Source: a virus | DNA length: 64,000 nt | Reading direction: 5' to 3' (one strand) | IMG/VR virus record: IMGVR_UViG_3300045988_047162 | In this document: positions 26,402 to 35,080 of the stretch, piece by piece | Layout: every line of letters begins with the position of its first letter | Numbering within the stretch: position 1 is the stretch's first letter | Notes under the pieces: generated by a model | Seen by the model: the letters and a program-made list of their open reading frames with translations, nothing else | Databases searched by the model: none | Told to the model about the DNA's origin: nothing | Position numbers and translations under genes: made by a program

Positions 26402-27292
26402 AATAAACCCCCTTAAGGTCTAGTGTTAATTGGTTAATTGCGTGCCACTAGAGGGTATCGCACCCCCTCATGGTCTAAACAGTGGCGAGAGGGGCGCAAC
26501 CCTTGCGGATTACGCCCGTGAAGATTTGTTTTTTGGCTAACACCACCCGCAAAGTGGCGCAGGGGCGCATACGCACCCCCTATAGACTTTTAATGTCCGC
26601 ATAACCCCCAAACGTAAGACGTTTGTGATCAACCGCCCATAAAGCAATTGACGAGCGCTACAATATGTCTACCCTCGCAACCCGTTACGCCGTGGTTTAC
26701 AGTCAATGCCGCCAACCACGCTCACGCATGGCGAAACATTGACATTGCCACCTATCTATCGGCCTATCCTCATTGGCGGTAGTCTCTCACACTACGCCAA
26801 ACGTCGGCGGTACCCCCTTACGAGTTCTCGCGCTCAACATTGTCAATCGAGTTCACGCGCATTGCCTAGGCAAAACCGACACTATCGGCCACGCCCACAT
26901 AGTGGACATTATGCACACACCCCGAAAAACGCCGCCACCTAACCCCCAAAAGGGGGTGAAGCTCAAACTACCGGCCTTCGGTAACACTCTTCATTTTTCA
27001 AACACTCGCAACGCTCACAGACTGGACACTGCGCCTCAGCACAGTGACCAACGTTCCACACATGGCGGTTTCGCAATGCGCTCACTGCGCACCACCTGAC
27101 TATCTCAGGTCAGGCTATGCGGTGCCTAGGCACCTAACCGCCGCGGCTTCATCTGCCGGTTGCTACAGCCGGTTGCAAGTGGCGCGGTGTAGATATCGCG
27201 CTGACCTTGCTAGGTTGACTGCCTAACCGGTTGTTGGTTATCACTATACACACCAATAATGGTGTAAGCAAATTGAGAAAACAGACCACGGC

Positions 27293-27316
27293 GAAACGTT
27301 GGAACAGCGCCGTTTT
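27293..27316. promoter_or_regulatory. 24-bp inverted-repeat motif, copy A (GAAACG-TTGGAACAGCGC-CGTTTT)
   Basis: Near-identical copies at 62160-62183 and 63054-63077. Arms AAACG/CGTTT are separated by 12 nt starting with TTGGAA. Confidence 0.5.
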
Positions 27317-27505
27317 ATCGGCGTGTCGCAACATGGGTAGGGGGTAAATGAGACGAAAAAAGAGTTTGAGTAGCACAAGGAAAAATAAAGTCAAGCAAGA
27401 TACTGAAATACGGACAAAAAATATTGAGCAAGATAGATATAAATAATAAGGAATACGACACAATGACGCGCATACGTACAACTGTACGAACGAACATTTG
27501 TACCA

Positions 27506-27520
27506 TCGAACAAACGTTCC
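27506..27520. promoter_or_regulatory. LexA/Cheo-box-like site TCGAAC-AAAC-GTTCC (a weaker GAAC-ATTT-GTAC lies at 27492-27503)
   Basis: Fits the GAAC-N4-GTTC core of Gram-positive/actinobacterial SOS boxes. Confidence 0.35.
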
Positions 27521-27879
27521 AACCGGGGCTGGGGGAGGGTCCTCCGGGTGTGCCCGTCAGGGCCGTCGGGTCAATGGTAGAAATAGTGCGCGCCGTCTGA
27601 AAAAGTCCGCGCATGAAACGTGACATGACAACGACGATGTTGGGTTCACATTGAAATCGTCTTCAGCATACCACGCGACACGCCGTATTCTACGCCGTTT
27701 TCATTGCAACGTTGATGCAACGTTAGGTATGAGTATGCTGTCGCATGTCGGAATGAATTTTGGAGGACGCGTGGCGTCCTTGTGGGTGTCGTTCCGGCAA
27801 GCGGTTCGGTGGTGCTCCTTGTCTCTTGGTTAAGGATTCCGACCGTTGGGACGTTTGTGTTCATAAGGAGCACCGCTAG

Positions 27880-27966
27880 GGGCAGTTGGCTGAGTCTGGT
27901 TTAAGGTAGTCGCTTCGAAAGCGACCGACTCTAACGGGTCCGGGAGTTCGAATCTCTCACTGTCCG
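27880..27966 (+). tRNA. tRNA-Ser (anticodon CGA), class II
   Basis: Hand fold: acceptor gggcagt/actgtcc, anticodon stem gtcgc/gcgac, loop ttCGAaa, long variable arm, T arm gggag-ttcgaat-ctctc. Confidence 0.75.
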
Positions 27967-28125
27967 CAGATGGCATCTTCCTAGGTAAGGTGCGATTCGG
28001 TTTCAAGTCCAATGCGAGAGGCTTGTTGGTACCGCCGTTTGATCTCGCACATGGTTCCTATCGCTCTTGTGGGAGTGTTAGTCGCGCGTGGTTTTCTGGC
28101 TCTTCTTGACCATGCGTGGTGAGAT

Positions 28126-28150
28126 GCCGGTTCGAATCCGGCTGGGGACC
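28126..28150 (+). other. Orphan tRNA-like T-arm plus acceptor 3' strand (no canonical cloverleaf found)
   Basis: gccgg-ttcgaat-ccggc-tggggac-c. The only 5' partner (gttccta at 28054) gives a 97-nt molecule with no recognisable anticodon arm. Confidence 0.3.
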
Positions 28151-28315
28151 CTTTGAGGGTGGATGAATCCCGGAATATAGTGTGTGTGTTTGGATTGTCC
28201 GTGAGATTTTGTTCATCCTCGTTTCTTGTGCCGGTCCCACCCGGTGCCGCCTATATGGCTGCGCCATTTGTTTTTGGGGCTGACTTGCAATCCTGTTGGC
28301 ACAGCCTTTTGGTTG

Positions 28316-28340
28316 CCGGGTTCGATTCCCGAGGTTTGCT
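28316..28340 (+). other. Orphan tRNA-like T-arm plus acceptor 3' strand (no canonical cloverleaf found)
   Basis: ccggg-ttcgatt-cccga-ggtttgc. No matching 5' acceptor or anticodon arm found by eye. Confidence 0.3.
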
Positions 28341-28568
28341 CTAGGTTTCATGGGGTAGCTGCCTGTGATACCGATGGCATTGCTCGAATATCCCCGCTGG
28401 AACATGTGGGGGATAAGAGGCTCCCTGCCTTAATCAGGCGGTTGATGACCGAAGGGGAGGCACGGCCAAACGGGTGCATAGATGTTTCACGTTCCTTGCC
28501 GTTGGTGGTAAAGCCCATTCCACCATGCCGAACGTCTTTCCGACTTGGACGTTAACTAAGTCGGGTAT

Positions 28569-28640
28569 ATGGCATTGGTGCAACCGGTAGCATGGCGGTC
28601 TCCAAAACCGTCGATGTTGGTTCGAGTCCAACATGCTGTG
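28569..28640 (+). tRNA. tRNA-Trp (anticodon CCA)
   Basis: Hand fold: acceptor atggcat/atgctgt (two G-U pairs, A1-U72), D stem gtgc/gcat, anticodon stem gcggt/accgt, loop ctCCAaa, T arm gttgg-ttcgagt-ccaac. Confidence 0.7.
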
Positions 28641-28762
28641 CTCAGCCTACCCACATGTTGTGGGAAAGGTCTTCGGAGTCGTCTTGTGGCGGCTCTAGTT
28701 TTAGCTGACCCGCCTAGTCTGCGGGAACAGTCTCCTGAGTCGTTGCGGCGGCTCTTGCTTTT

Positions 28763-28847
28763 GGATGCTTGGCAGAGTGGCTTATTGCACCACCTCGCTA
28801 AGGTGGCGACCGGGAACGGTTCGGGGGTTCGACTCCCTCAGCATCCG
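28763..28847 (+). tRNA. tRNA-Ser (anticodon GCT), class II, with an unusual C33
   Basis: Hand fold: acceptor ggatgct/agcatcc, anticodon stem ccacc/ggtgg, loop tcGCTaa, long variable arm, T arm ggggg-ttcgact-ccctc. Confidence 0.65.
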
Positions 28848-28971
28848 CGCGCCGTGGCTGGCGGTAAAAAGCCATTTTTTGCCATTGGATTTCCTTATGG
28901 CGGTTTGGGTTAGATGACTGGCAGCCCCCATGTTTTGTGGTGAGTGTGGCGTGGGGGCTGTCTGTTCTTTT

Positions 28972-29052
28972 GCTTTGGTGGCGGAATGGTAGACGCGGCG
29001 CACTCAAAATGCGTTGTCCTGTGACATGAGGGTTCGATTCCCTCCTGAAGCA
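28972..29052 (+). tRNA. tRNA-Leu (anticodon CAA), class II
   Basis: Hand fold: acceptor gctttgg/ctgaagc, anticodon stem gcgca/tgcgt, loop ctCAAaa, long variable arm, T arm gaggg-ttcgatt-ccctc. Confidence 0.75.
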
Positions 29053-29065
29053 CTGAGGAGTGGTG

Positions 29066-29404
29066 ATGACCAACGATTGGAATAAGTCGCATCGTAAGGA
29101 ACGGTTCAATCCTGGTTGGGAGCGGACGCGTCGTGAGGTGTTGGACTATTACGGGTGGCGTTGCCAGTATCCGGTGATCGGTGATGATGGCGTGTTGCGT
29201 CCGTGTGGCGCTCATGCGAATGAGGTCGATCATATCATTCGTGCCGAGGATGGTCAGCCTGATGATGATTCTTGGGATAATCTTCAGGTTCTTTGTCGTG
29301 CCCATCATTCTTATAAGACTGGTTTGGAGTCGGCTGACGCGCGGCGAAGGAAGAGGGTTGAGCGTGAGGAGGCTCGTTGGTACAGGCATCCCGCGTTCGG
29401 TTAG
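29066..29404 (+). CDS. HNH endonuclease
   Basis: WRCQYP...CGAHANEVDHIIR...DDSWDNLQVLCRAHHSYKT; GAGGAG RBS 5 nt upstream of the ATG. Confidence 0.85.
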   Translation: MTNDWNKSHRKERFNPGWERTRREVLDYYGWRCQYPVIGDDGVLRPCGAHANEVDHIIRAEDGQPDDDSWDNLQVLCRAHHSYKTGLESADARRRKRVEREEARWYRHPAFG

Positions 29405-29910
29405 CTGAGGGTGAGTGCAGTGTGAATGGGTGTGATGGGCCTGTTCATGCTCATGGGATGTGTAGGTCTCATTATGATCGTTGGCGGCGTAGTGGCAGTG
29501 GTGCCCGTAAGCGTCGTATGAGTCGTGCGTGTCTGGCGTGTGGCTCTTTTTTTGAGACTGAGCGTCGGGACAAGGCTTTTTGTTCGGCTCGTTGTCGTAA
29601 GCGTTTCCAGCGTTTGAAGGCTGAGGGTGCGGCTCCTAATCGTACTCCGCAGCCGTTGAAGTCGGTGTTGTGGGAGCCTCGGTCGAATGCCCGTGTGGGG
29701 CGGCGGGGGAGTGTTCCTACTGGTTTTTGGACTGCCGAGGATGAGTGGAACGCGTGTTCTCATACGTGTCCGGTTTGTGGGTTGCCGCTTGACCGGTCGG
29801 TTGATGTTTTGAGTGATGATTTTCCGGTTGGCGCTTGGCGTGTGCCGTTGGAGCAGGGTGGTGAGAACTCGTTGGCTAATCGGATTGTCGTTCATCGCAG
29901 GTGCGCGTAG
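29377..29910 (+). CDS. Second HNH-type endonuclease (N-terminal CxxxGC...H..GMC..HY zinc module, C-terminal CPVCG...N...H..C)
   Basis: CSVNGCDGPVHAHGMCRSHYDRWRRSG and CPVCGLPLD...GGENSLANRIVVHRRCA. GAGGAGG RBS before the TTG at 29377; an alternative GTG lies at 29422. Confidence 0.65.
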   Translation: MVQASRVRLAEGECSVNGCDGPVHAHGMCRSHYDRWRRSGSGARKRRMSRACLACGSFFETERRDKAFCSARCRKRFQRLKAEGAAPNRTPQPLKSVLWEPRSNARVGRRGSVPTGFWTAEDEWNACSHTCPVCGLPLDRSVDVLSDDFPVGAWRVPLEQGGENSLANRIVVHRRCA

Positions 29911-29968
29911 TGCCGTAACGGGCTTCGCGCTTGTCGTCCCGTAATGGGGCTTTGCGGGGAGTGATGTT

Positions 29969-30394
29969 ATGGGCAGGAAGACGAGTGATTCCGGTAATCA
30001 GGTTTTGGAGATTCCTGATGGGAAGTTGGGGCCTGATTTGCCTCCGGCTAACCAGATTTTCCCCAAGGGTGGGGAGTGGTTGCCGTTGGTTGCTCATTGG
30101 TATGAGGAGTATCGGCGTAGTCCGAATGCTTCGATGTTGCGTTCGGCTCCTTCCTGGATGGCTGTCCAGTTGGGTTTCGCGACGATCAATGAGATGCTTT
30201 CGACTCGTCGTTATGCGACGTTGATGCCGGTCGTGCGTCAGTTGTTTGACGAGTTGGGTTGGACTCCGGCTTCGATGCGTGCGTTGAAGTTCGATGTGCC
30301 GGAGGCTGACGACCATGCCGCTTCGGATGGTTCGAATCATGCTGTGATTCAGGATATCGATGCTTGGCGTCGCAAGATCGAGGCGGCTGGCTGA
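29969..30394 (+). CDS. terS: Terminase small subunit
   Basis: Position directly upstream of TerL and coupled to it; size and helical content are typical. Confidence 0.6.
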   Translation: MGRKTSDSGNQVLEIPDGKLGPDLPPANQIFPKGGEWLPLVAHWYEEYRRSPNASMLRSAPSWMAVQLGFATINEMLSTRRYATLMPVVRQLFDELGWTPASMRALKFDVPEADDHAASDGSNHAVIQDIDAWRRKIEAAG

Positions 30395-30395
30395 C

Positions 30396-32279
30396 ATGCA
30401 TTTGATGATTCCTAACCTGACTTATGAGGATAGGCGTAGGAGTCTTGGACGTTTGGCGTTGTGGTGGGTTGAGACGTTCAGTCTCATCGGTCGCGGCGGT
30501 GCGACCGGTAAGCCTGTCACTCATAGTCCTGAGTATATCCAGTTCTATTTGAACGCCTATGCGTTGAAGCCGAATGGTCGGCGCAGGTTCAATCGTGTGA
30601 GCTTGTGGCGTCCGAAGGGTTGCAACAAGAGTGGTTTGGGTAATGATCTGGCCTTGTTCGAGGCTTTTGGCCCTTGTCGTTTCGACCATTGGGCTAATCC
30701 GGGTGAGACGTATACGTTTCTTGGTCAGACTTACTATTATCTGCCGGGTGAGCCTGTTGGCCGTCCTGTCCAGCGTCCTGAGATTCTGTGTTTGGCTACG
30801 TCCGAGGACCAGTCGGGCAATATCTTCGATTCGATTTACTATAACTGCACTTCCGGCCCGTTGGCCCAGTTGCAGGGTTTCGGCATGGAGGTCACGAAGA
30901 CCCGTATCGGCTTGCCGGAGGGTGGGGAGATTATTCCCACGACTTCCGGTGATGCGTCGAAGGATGGTGGTCTTGAGACTTTCGCGTTGATGGATGAGGT
31001 GCATCTGTATACGCTGCCGAAGCATCATTCGATGTATAAGACGGTTCAGCGTAATCTTCCGAAGCGTTCGTTGGATGCCGACCCTTGGGTGTTGGAGATG
31101 ACGACGTATTTCCGTCCTGGTCAGAACAGTGTGGCGGAGAACACGTTGAAGATCGCGGAGGATATTCAGGCTGGCCGTTCCAAGCATTATAAGGGCTTGT
31201 ATTTCGACTATCGGTATTCGACGCTTCCTATCGAGGATTTTCCTGATGAGAAGAAGCTTGAGCACGCGTTGTATGAGTCGTATGGTTCTGCTGCCCATTC
31301 GGATGATGGTAAGGATTACATCATTCTTCCTGATGGGCGTATCGAGGCCGTTGATGTCGATGGTTATTCGGTTGAGGGGTTCTCTCTTCGTGATGATGGT
31401 GTCGAGCCTGGGCCGTCGAAGGATGGTTGGGTTGACATTCATGGTCTGATGGGGCAGATTTACCAGCCTGATTCGGACCCGAATGATTCGATTCGTTATT
31501 ATTTGAACTCTCGTGCGTCGAGTGAGGATTCGTGGCTTACGGAGCCTGCGATCCAGTCGCATTTGGCTTACAGGGATTTGTATGGCCGTGCTGTCGGCTC
31601 GTCGTCTCGTTTGGATGGGGTCTGGAAGGATTTCATTGACGAGGATGAGGAGATCACGCTTGGGTTCGATGGTTCGATTCGTAATGATTCGACCGCGTTG
31701 GTTGGTTGTCGCGTGTCTGATGGTTTGCTGTTTCTTATCAAGTTGCAGCAGCGGCCTGATAATGCGGACCCTGATTGGCGTGTTGACCGTGATGGTTTCG
31801 ATGCCGCCGTGCGTCGTATGTTCGAGAATTACAATGTCATCGGCTGTTTCGCCGATGCGCATTTTTTCGAGTCGATGATTGGCGGCTGGGAGGCTGAGTA
31901 TGGGCGTGGCATGAAGGTGTTCGCCCGTGGACAGTCTTCGATGATGAAGTTTTGGACGAATAACTGGTCGCAGGATATGTATCGTGCGTTGCAGTGCGCG
32001 CATTCGTCGTTTGAGTATGCTCCCGAGCCTGTTGAGGAGGGGGAGCCTGACCCGAATAATATTCTTTTGTGTGCCGACCCGCGTCTTGTGTCGCATTTCC
32101 GTAATGCGAAGCGGCGTGAGAAGAGTTGGGGTTATCAGATTCATAAGGAGACGCCTAAGAGTCCGCACAAGATTGATGCGTGCATGGCTGGCGTTTTGGC
32201 TTATGCGGCGCGTGAGAAGTATTTGGGCCAGTTCGAGGATGAGGCTCCGCAGCGGGTGATGCCGCAGCGGGTCTGGTGA
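30396..32279 (+). CDS. terL: Terminase large subunit
   Basis: Walker-A-like LWRPKGCNKSGLGNDLALFE and a Terminase_1-like layout with a C-terminal nuclease region. First ATG after the terS stop. Confidence 0.85.
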   Translation: MHLMIPNLTYEDRRRSLGRLALWWVETFSLIGRGGATGKPVTHSPEYIQFYLNAYALKPNGRRRFNRVSLWRPKGCNKSGLGNDLALFEAFGPCRFDHWANPGETYTFLGQTYYYLPGEPVGRPVQRPEILCLATSEDQSGNIFDSIYYNCTSGPLAQLQGFGMEVTKTRIGLPEGGEIIPTTSGDASKDGGLETFALMDEVHLYTLPKHHSMYKTVQRNLPKRSLDADPWVLEMTTYFRPGQNSVAENTLKIAEDIQAGRSKHYKGLYFDYRYSTLPIEDFPDEKKLEHALYESYGSAAHSDDGKDYIILPDGRIEAVDVDGYSVEGFSLRDDGVEPGPSKDGWVDIHGLMGQIYQPDSDPNDSIRYYLNSRASSEDSWLTEPAIQSHLAYRDLYGRAVGSSSRLDGVWKDFIDEDEEITLGFDGSIRNDSTALVGCRVSDGLLFLIKLQQRPDNADPDWRVDRDGFDAAVRRMFENYNVIGCFADAHFFESMIGGWEAEYGRGMKVFARGQSSMMKFWTNNWSQDMYRALQCAHSSFEYAPEPVEEGEPDPNNILLCADPRLVSHFRNAKRREKSWGYQIHKETPKSPHKIDACMAGVLAYAAREKYLGQFEDEAPQRVMPQRVW

Positions 32280-32294
32280 TTTTGGGGTGTTCGT

Positions 32295-33959
32295 ATGGCT
32301 TCCACATCTTCTAATATGCAGAGTCTTGTTACTGGTGATGACGAGCCTGATGGTGATGGTTTGGCGTTGACGCGTCTTGCGACGCGTTTGCAGAATCGTA
32401 TTCCTGACCTGTGTGTGTTGAAGACGTTTTATGACGGTCGTGAGACTGTTCCGTTGCAGTCCGTGCCGAAGGCGGCGACCACTACGGCCAGTGCCGTGTA
32501 TAGGCGTTTTGTGGATATCTGCCCGTTGAATCTGGCTCATACGATTGCGGATGCGGTAATCACGTCGCAGCATCCTACCGGTTTTCGTCTTGTCGCCGAT
32601 AAGACGATGCGGAGCACGGATGCGGATGACATGTGGGATAAGTGCGGCATGGATGTCCGTTCGTTGAACATGTTCATGGATGCGGCGATTTACGGTGCCG
32701 CGTATGCGATGGTTCTCGGCAAGGAGAATCCTTCGTATATCCAACGGTTGAGTCCGTGGAGCACGGTCGTGTCCGATGACAAGGATTCGGCTGTGGTGTA
32801 TGGGTGGTCCGAGGAAGAGCAGATCGAACGGTTGACTTTGTATCGCATCGTCCGTAATGATGACGGTGAGATACAGAGCGTCTATTCGCGTACCGCGAAG
32901 CATGAGGTCAAGTCGCGCACGTTGCCTTCCGATTCGGTCGATGACGAGGATACCGTGTATGACCTTGCCAACGACGATTCGAAGAAGCGCCCGGAGTTCG
33001 AGGCGCAGTTCGAGTGGGAGGGCCAGTCTTCCGGCGATGATTGGAAGTTCGCCATTGATTGCGGTTGTCTTCCTATCGTGCAGTTGACCACTCCTAACGG
33101 CAAGGGCCAGTTCGAGGCTTCCTTGAAGACGTTGAGGTCCATCGACCAGCAGCGTTTTCAACGGTTCTGCATTCAGGAGATGCAGGCGTTCAAGCAGCGT
33201 TGGGTGTCGGGCGACATGCCTGAGTATTACCAGAAGAGCGACCCTGCGGTCAAGGCCGGTAAGGCTCAGGCCGGTGACAAGATCGACTATTCGGAACTGT
33301 TCGAGATGGGTCCCGCCGCGTTGTGGCTGCTTCCCGCCGATGCGAAGATTGGCGAATCGTCCATTACGGATATCACGCCGATCGTGAATGCGGCCGCTTC
33401 CGATGTGAAGCTTCTGGCAGGTGCCACTGGCACTCCGTTGTCGATTCTTTCGCCTGATGTGGCTGGTTCCGCCGAGGGTGCGAAGCTGACGACTCGTATG
33501 CTGCGGTTGAAGGTCCGCGACATGAACATGAGGGCCAATGACGCTTTCGTGCTCCTGTTGAAGATGGCGTTGACCGCTTCCGGCAGTAATGCTTCGGAGG
33601 AGCGTTTCGAGACGACTTGGGAGCCGTTGGAGCTTCCGTCCGAGTTGGAGCAGTGTCAGGCGGCGGCTCAGGTGAAGGGTGTTCTTCCGTTGAAGACCAT
33701 CGCCCGTCGCTATCTGCATATGACCGAGACGGAGATCGCGGAGATGATTCAGGATGCCCAGGATACGAGTTTCCTGAATGCCATGGCGCGGCAGAACGCG
33801 GCTTTGGATTCGTCGGCGAAGCAGACTGATGCGACGGTGAATGATTCGTATCTGGGTGACGGGTCCGGTTTGGATTCGTTCTCCACCGGCTCTGAATCGG
33901 ATTCGATGTCGTCCGATGTGCCGTCGTCGGATGATTCGTCCGACGTTATGGGGGTCTGA
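32295..33959 (+). CDS. Portal protein (SPP1 gp6-like)
   Basis: Position after TerL, 554 aa, acidic Ser/Asp-rich C-terminal tail. Confidence 0.8.
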   Translation: MASTSSNMQSLVTGDDEPDGDGLALTRLATRLQNRIPDLCVLKTFYDGRETVPLQSVPKAATTTASAVYRRFVDICPLNLAHTIADAVITSQHPTGFRLVADKTMRSTDADDMWDKCGMDVRSLNMFMDAAIYGAAYAMVLGKENPSYIQRLSPWSTVVSDDKDSAVVYGWSEEEQIERLTLYRIVRNDDGEIQSVYSRTAKHEVKSRTLPSDSVDDEDTVYDLANDDSKKRPEFEAQFEWEGQSSGDDWKFAIDCGCLPIVQLTTPNGKGQFEASLKTLRSIDQQRFQRFCIQEMQAFKQRWVSGDMPEYYQKSDPAVKAGKAQAGDKIDYSELFEMGPAALWLLPADAKIGESSITDITPIVNAAASDVKLLAGATGTPLSILSPDVAGSAEGAKLTTRMLRLKVRDMNMRANDAFVLLLKMALTASGSNASEERFETTWEPLELPSELEQCQAAAQVKGVLPLKTIARRYLHMTETEIAEMIQDAQDTSFLNAMARQNAALDSSAKQTDATVNDSYLGDGSGLDSFSTGSESDSMSSDVPSSDDSSDVMGV

Positions 33960-35059
33960 TGGCCGATAGCGCGTTGGTTGCCGTCCAGGCGTTGGATGAC
34001 CAGCGGTTGAAGCTGGTTGACGAGTTCGTCCGCAGGGCTTGGAACATGTGGCGTAGCCTGACTCCTTCCGACTGGTGGAATGATGCGGTGGCCGAGGGTG
34101 CGGCTGCTTATGTGACGCAGCAGCATATCGCGTTCGTGAAGGCTATGCGCCAGCAGGGCATCTCATATGCGGATACGATGCTGCGTCTGGCCGGTGTGAA
34201 CGGTTTGGGGGATATCCCACAATATGAGGTCGTTCGCGCCAACACGGACCCGTGGCAGGTCGCCATGAGGGTCGCGGACGAGTATCGCACTCAGGCCGTG
34301 AAGAATCCTGGGATTCGACCTGCTACGTGGGATGAGATTCTGAAGGATGCCGACCAGTCCGCCGCCAACCATGTGAAGGCTTGGCTGATGGCCGCGAAGG
34401 TCCAATTGGATACGAACGCGGTGACCGATGGGTATGTCGCCCAGAATCGCGCCATACAGTCGCGTTACAGGAGTTCCGGTGTCGAACGGTATCGTCGTGT
34501 GATTCATCCCGAACTGTCGAAGACGGGTTCGTGTGGTTTGTGTGTCGTGGCTGCGACCAACACGTTCACGAGGGCTGATTTGATGCCCATGCACAATCGT
34601 TGCAAATGTACGGTGGCTCCAATCGTCGGCTCTAACGACCCCGGGTTGAAATTGAACTCGGATGATTTGATGACGATTTACAAGGCCGCTGGCAAAACGT
34701 CGGGCCGTGATTATTCCACGAGCGCGACGGATTTGACGAAGCTTCGCGTGAAGGTCGTCAACAACAGCGAGCTCGGGCCTGTGCTGCTTCGCAAGGATGC
34801 TCCGGTGAACGGGAACGCGCCGGAATGGCATCTGCCTGACATGAGGATGACCCGCGCCCAGATGGAGCGCATGTGCGCCCGTGCGACCGAGTTCAACGCC
34901 CGGTACAAGGAATTGCTGGATGGTGATAAGGATTCGGTTCAATTCCGTTTCGATGGGCGTTCGTATGAGTTCAAAAAGACAGTCCACACTAAACAGGCTT
35001 GGCAGTATGTGCGGAGCCTGTTGGCTTATTCTCGCGGTTTTTTGGGACTGGCCGCTTAA
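33959..35059 (+). CDS. MuF/SPP1 gp7-like head morphogenesis (minor capsid) protein
   Basis: Follows the portal gene. Contains GSCGLCVVAA...MPMHNRCKCTVAPI, a Cys cluster typical of MuF-like proteins. Confidence 0.6.
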   Translation: MADSALVAVQALDDQRLKLVDEFVRRAWNMWRSLTPSDWWNDAVAEGAAAYVTQQHIAFVKAMRQQGISYADTMLRLAGVNGLGDIPQYEVVRANTDPWQVAMRVADEYRTQAVKNPGIRPATWDEILKDADQSAANHVKAWLMAAKVQLDTNAVTDGYVAQNRAIQSRYRSSGVERYRRVIHPELSKTGSCGLCVVAATNTFTRADLMPMHNRCKCTVAPIVGSNDPGLKLNSDDLMTIYKAAGKTSGRDYSTSATDLTKLRVKVVNNSELGPVLLRKDAPVNGNAPEWHLPDMRMTRAQMERMCARATEFNARYKELLDGDKDSVQFRFDGRSYEFKKTVHTKQAWQYVRSLLAYSRGFLGLAA

Positions 35060-35080
35060 ATATTAAGGAGATTTGGTCTT

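Noticed and set aside
26435-26455. Sigma-54-type promoter (TGGCAC-N5-...) on the minus strand upstream of the reverse block
   Set aside because: Only the -24 TGGCAC half is present and the -12 TTGC element is missing. I have no evidence that the host uses sigma-54.
27149-27481. Hydrophobic 110-aa minus-strand ORF in the non-coding hub
   Set aside because: It is produced by the AT-rich island (Phe/Leu/Ile codons). There is no RBS and the composition matches neither the phage's coding pattern nor a plausible membrane protein topology.
28054-28150. Possible 97-nt selenocysteine-type or other long tRNA
   Set aside because: The acceptor and T arm pair, but no 5+7+5 anticodon arm with U33/purine-37 can be drawn; a 9-bp stem with a 16-nt loop sits there instead. 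I kept it only as an orphan tRNA-like element pending covariance-model search.
30186-33719. 1177-aa ORF on the minus strand spanning terL and the portal gene
   Set aside because: It lies fully antisense to well-supported TerL and portal genes. The product is low-complexity and Arg/Leu/Thr/Ile-rich with no motifs. Such long open antisense frames are typical in high-G+C coding DNA.
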